From the NCBI GenBank assembly GCA_041301395.1, contig JBFYSP010000031.1, forward strand, positions 19,315 to 83,314: DNA of 64,000 nt, written 5' to 3'. Both the position numbers and the translations under genes were made by a program. The notes under the pieces were generated by a model. The model was not told the DNA's origin. It made no database searches and saw only the letters and a program-made list of their open reading frames with translations. Below, one piece after another: positions 63,344 to 64,000 of this stretch (within the stretch, counting starts at the first letter, position 1; every line of letters starts with the position of its first letter). This stretch comes from Anaerolineae bacterium. GTDB taxonomy: Bacteria > Chloroflexota > Anaerolineae > Anaerolineales > UBA4823.

Positions 63344-64000
63344 ATGGATGACACAACCGGATCGGGCGGAACACAACAGCCGGAAGCCGGCGTTGGCAGG
63401 ATCAAGCGCATTACCCTGCCCGCCGACCAGCGCGGCATCTTGAAATGGCTGCCCGGCCTGTACATACTGCGCCATTACCGTCCACGCTGGCTGCGCAGCG
63501 ACCTGGTCGCCGGCCTGGTGCTGACCGCCGTCCTGGTGCCGGTGGGTATGGCTTACGCCGAGGCTGCCGGTCTGCCGGCGATTTACGGTCTGTATGCCAC
63601 CATCGTCCCCTTGGTAGTATATGCCCTGGTCGGGCCCAGCCGGATCCTGGTTTTAGGGCCGGATTCTTCCCTGGCGGCGATGATCTTCGCCGTCATCGTG
63701 CCCCTGGCTGCCGGCGATCCGGCGCGCACGGTGGCGTTGGCCGGCATGCTGGCGATCTTCACCGGGCTGTTGTGCATTATCGCCGGACTGGCTCGTCTGG
63801 GTTTCGTCACCGAGCTGCTCTCCAAGCCGATCCGCTACGGCTATATGAATGGCATCGCCCTTACGGTGCTGATCGGCCAGCTTCCCAAGCTGTTTGGCTT
63901 TTCTGTCGATGCCGACGGCCTCCTGGCGGAATTGGCTGCCTTTTTCCAGGCAGTGATAGCCGGGCAGACTAACCCCGTGGCGCTCCTGTTAGGCGGCGGC
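63344..64000 (+). CDS. SulP family anion transporter (N-terminal part, runs off the window end)
   Basis: Not in the ORF track (no stop in the window). From ATG 63344 it reads MDDTTGSGG...LKWLPGLYILRHYRPRWLRSDLVAGLVLTAVLVPVGMAYAEAAGLPAIYGLYATIVPLVVYALVGPSRILVLGPDSSLAAM..., the classic SulP N-terminus. AGGAG lies 13 nt upstream. Confidence 0.8.
   Translation, partial: MDDTTGSGGTQQPEAGVGRIKRITLPADQRGILKWLPGLYILRHYRPRWLRSDLVAGLVLTAVLVPVGMAYAEAAGLPAIYGLYATIVPLVVYALVGPSRILVLGPDSSLAAMIFAVIVPLAAGDPARTVALAGMLAIFTGLLCIIAGLARLGFVTELLSKPIRYGYMNGIALTVLIGQLPKLFGFSVDADGLLAELAAFFQAVIAGQTNPVALLLGGG

Noticed and set aside
63445-63972. 175-aa plus-strand ORF at the window end
   Set aside because: It is the wrong frame of the SulP transporter gene. 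The frame starting at 63344 gives the classic SulP N-terminus and stays open to the window end.
1-64000. Search for CRISPR arrays, tRNA/rRNA genes, IS elements, integrases, phage genes or known defence-system hallmarks
   Set aside because: No gap exceeds 190 bp and no regularly spaced direct repeats are present. No DDE, serine or tyrosine recombinase-like translations appear. Apart from Xth I saw no nuclease, and no helicase or large standalone ATPase genes typical of defence islands.

Overview
GC-rich, very gene-dense bacterial chromosomal segment with about 65 protein-coding genes and one gene remnant; the longest non-coding gap is 190 bp. I found no rRNA, tRNA, CRISPR array, transposase, integrase or phage gene. 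All calls come from reading the supplied translations and the DNA by eye (motifs, gene order, junctions). No database search or statistic was run. Layout: (1) 0-2.5 kb phosphate uptake (partial pstC, pstS, divergent pstB). (2) 2.6-5.4 kb P-type cation ATPase. (3) 5.3-18.3 kb one long minus-strand string: YcaQ-like, GH4, GH38 alpha-mannosidase and MFS, then an orphan sugar-binding lipoprotein, a Cache-like/HAMP/GAF histidine kinase, a CheY-only regulator and a GAF-PP2C phosphatase. (4) 18.4-24.4 kb small mixed units (Rieske oxygenase, large nucleotidyltransferase-like protein, GNAT, PH-domain protein, RhaD-like aldolase, DUF166-like, cupin). (5) 24.5-28.2 kb GntR-HTH::PBP regulator plus a tungstate/molybdate-type ABC transporter in tupB-C-A order. 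(6) 28.2-32.1 kb nucleotidyltransferase, membrane protein, deazaflavin-type reductase, CASTOR/POLLUX-like channel. (7) 32.2-50.0 kb an uninterrupted plus-strand block of 20 genes plus one remnant, which holds what I consider most worth follow-up. It contains an ArsR-headed, translationally coupled GcvH-like/DGC/DGC/OsmC/mini-thioredoxin operon. It also contains a TauE-AhpD-methyltransferase-thioredoxin-CcdA-LmbE thiol/redox string that ends in a truncated ABC-ATPase scar. Next come two paralogous proteins with a C-terminal CX2CX4CX16C Fe-S-type domain; they bracket a 48-aa acidic mini-ORF, and the second is coupled to a GH100-like glycosidase. The block ends with three consecutive giant GT-C-like membrane glycosyltransferases, two of them a 2.92-kb tandem duplication with Pro/Thr-rich internal linkers. 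(8) 50-53 kb CE7 esterase plus GH3. (9) 53-63 kb minus-strand string of modification enzymes (3 GNATs, 3 methyltransferases, Nudix, Xth, GyrI-like, M28 peptidase). (10) 5' part of a SulP anion transporter. My best candidate for an undescribed system is the Fe-S-domain paralogue pair plus mini-ORF plus glycosidase (39.4-41.9 kb). The ArsR/GcvH-like/DGC operon is second and the GT-C trio third.
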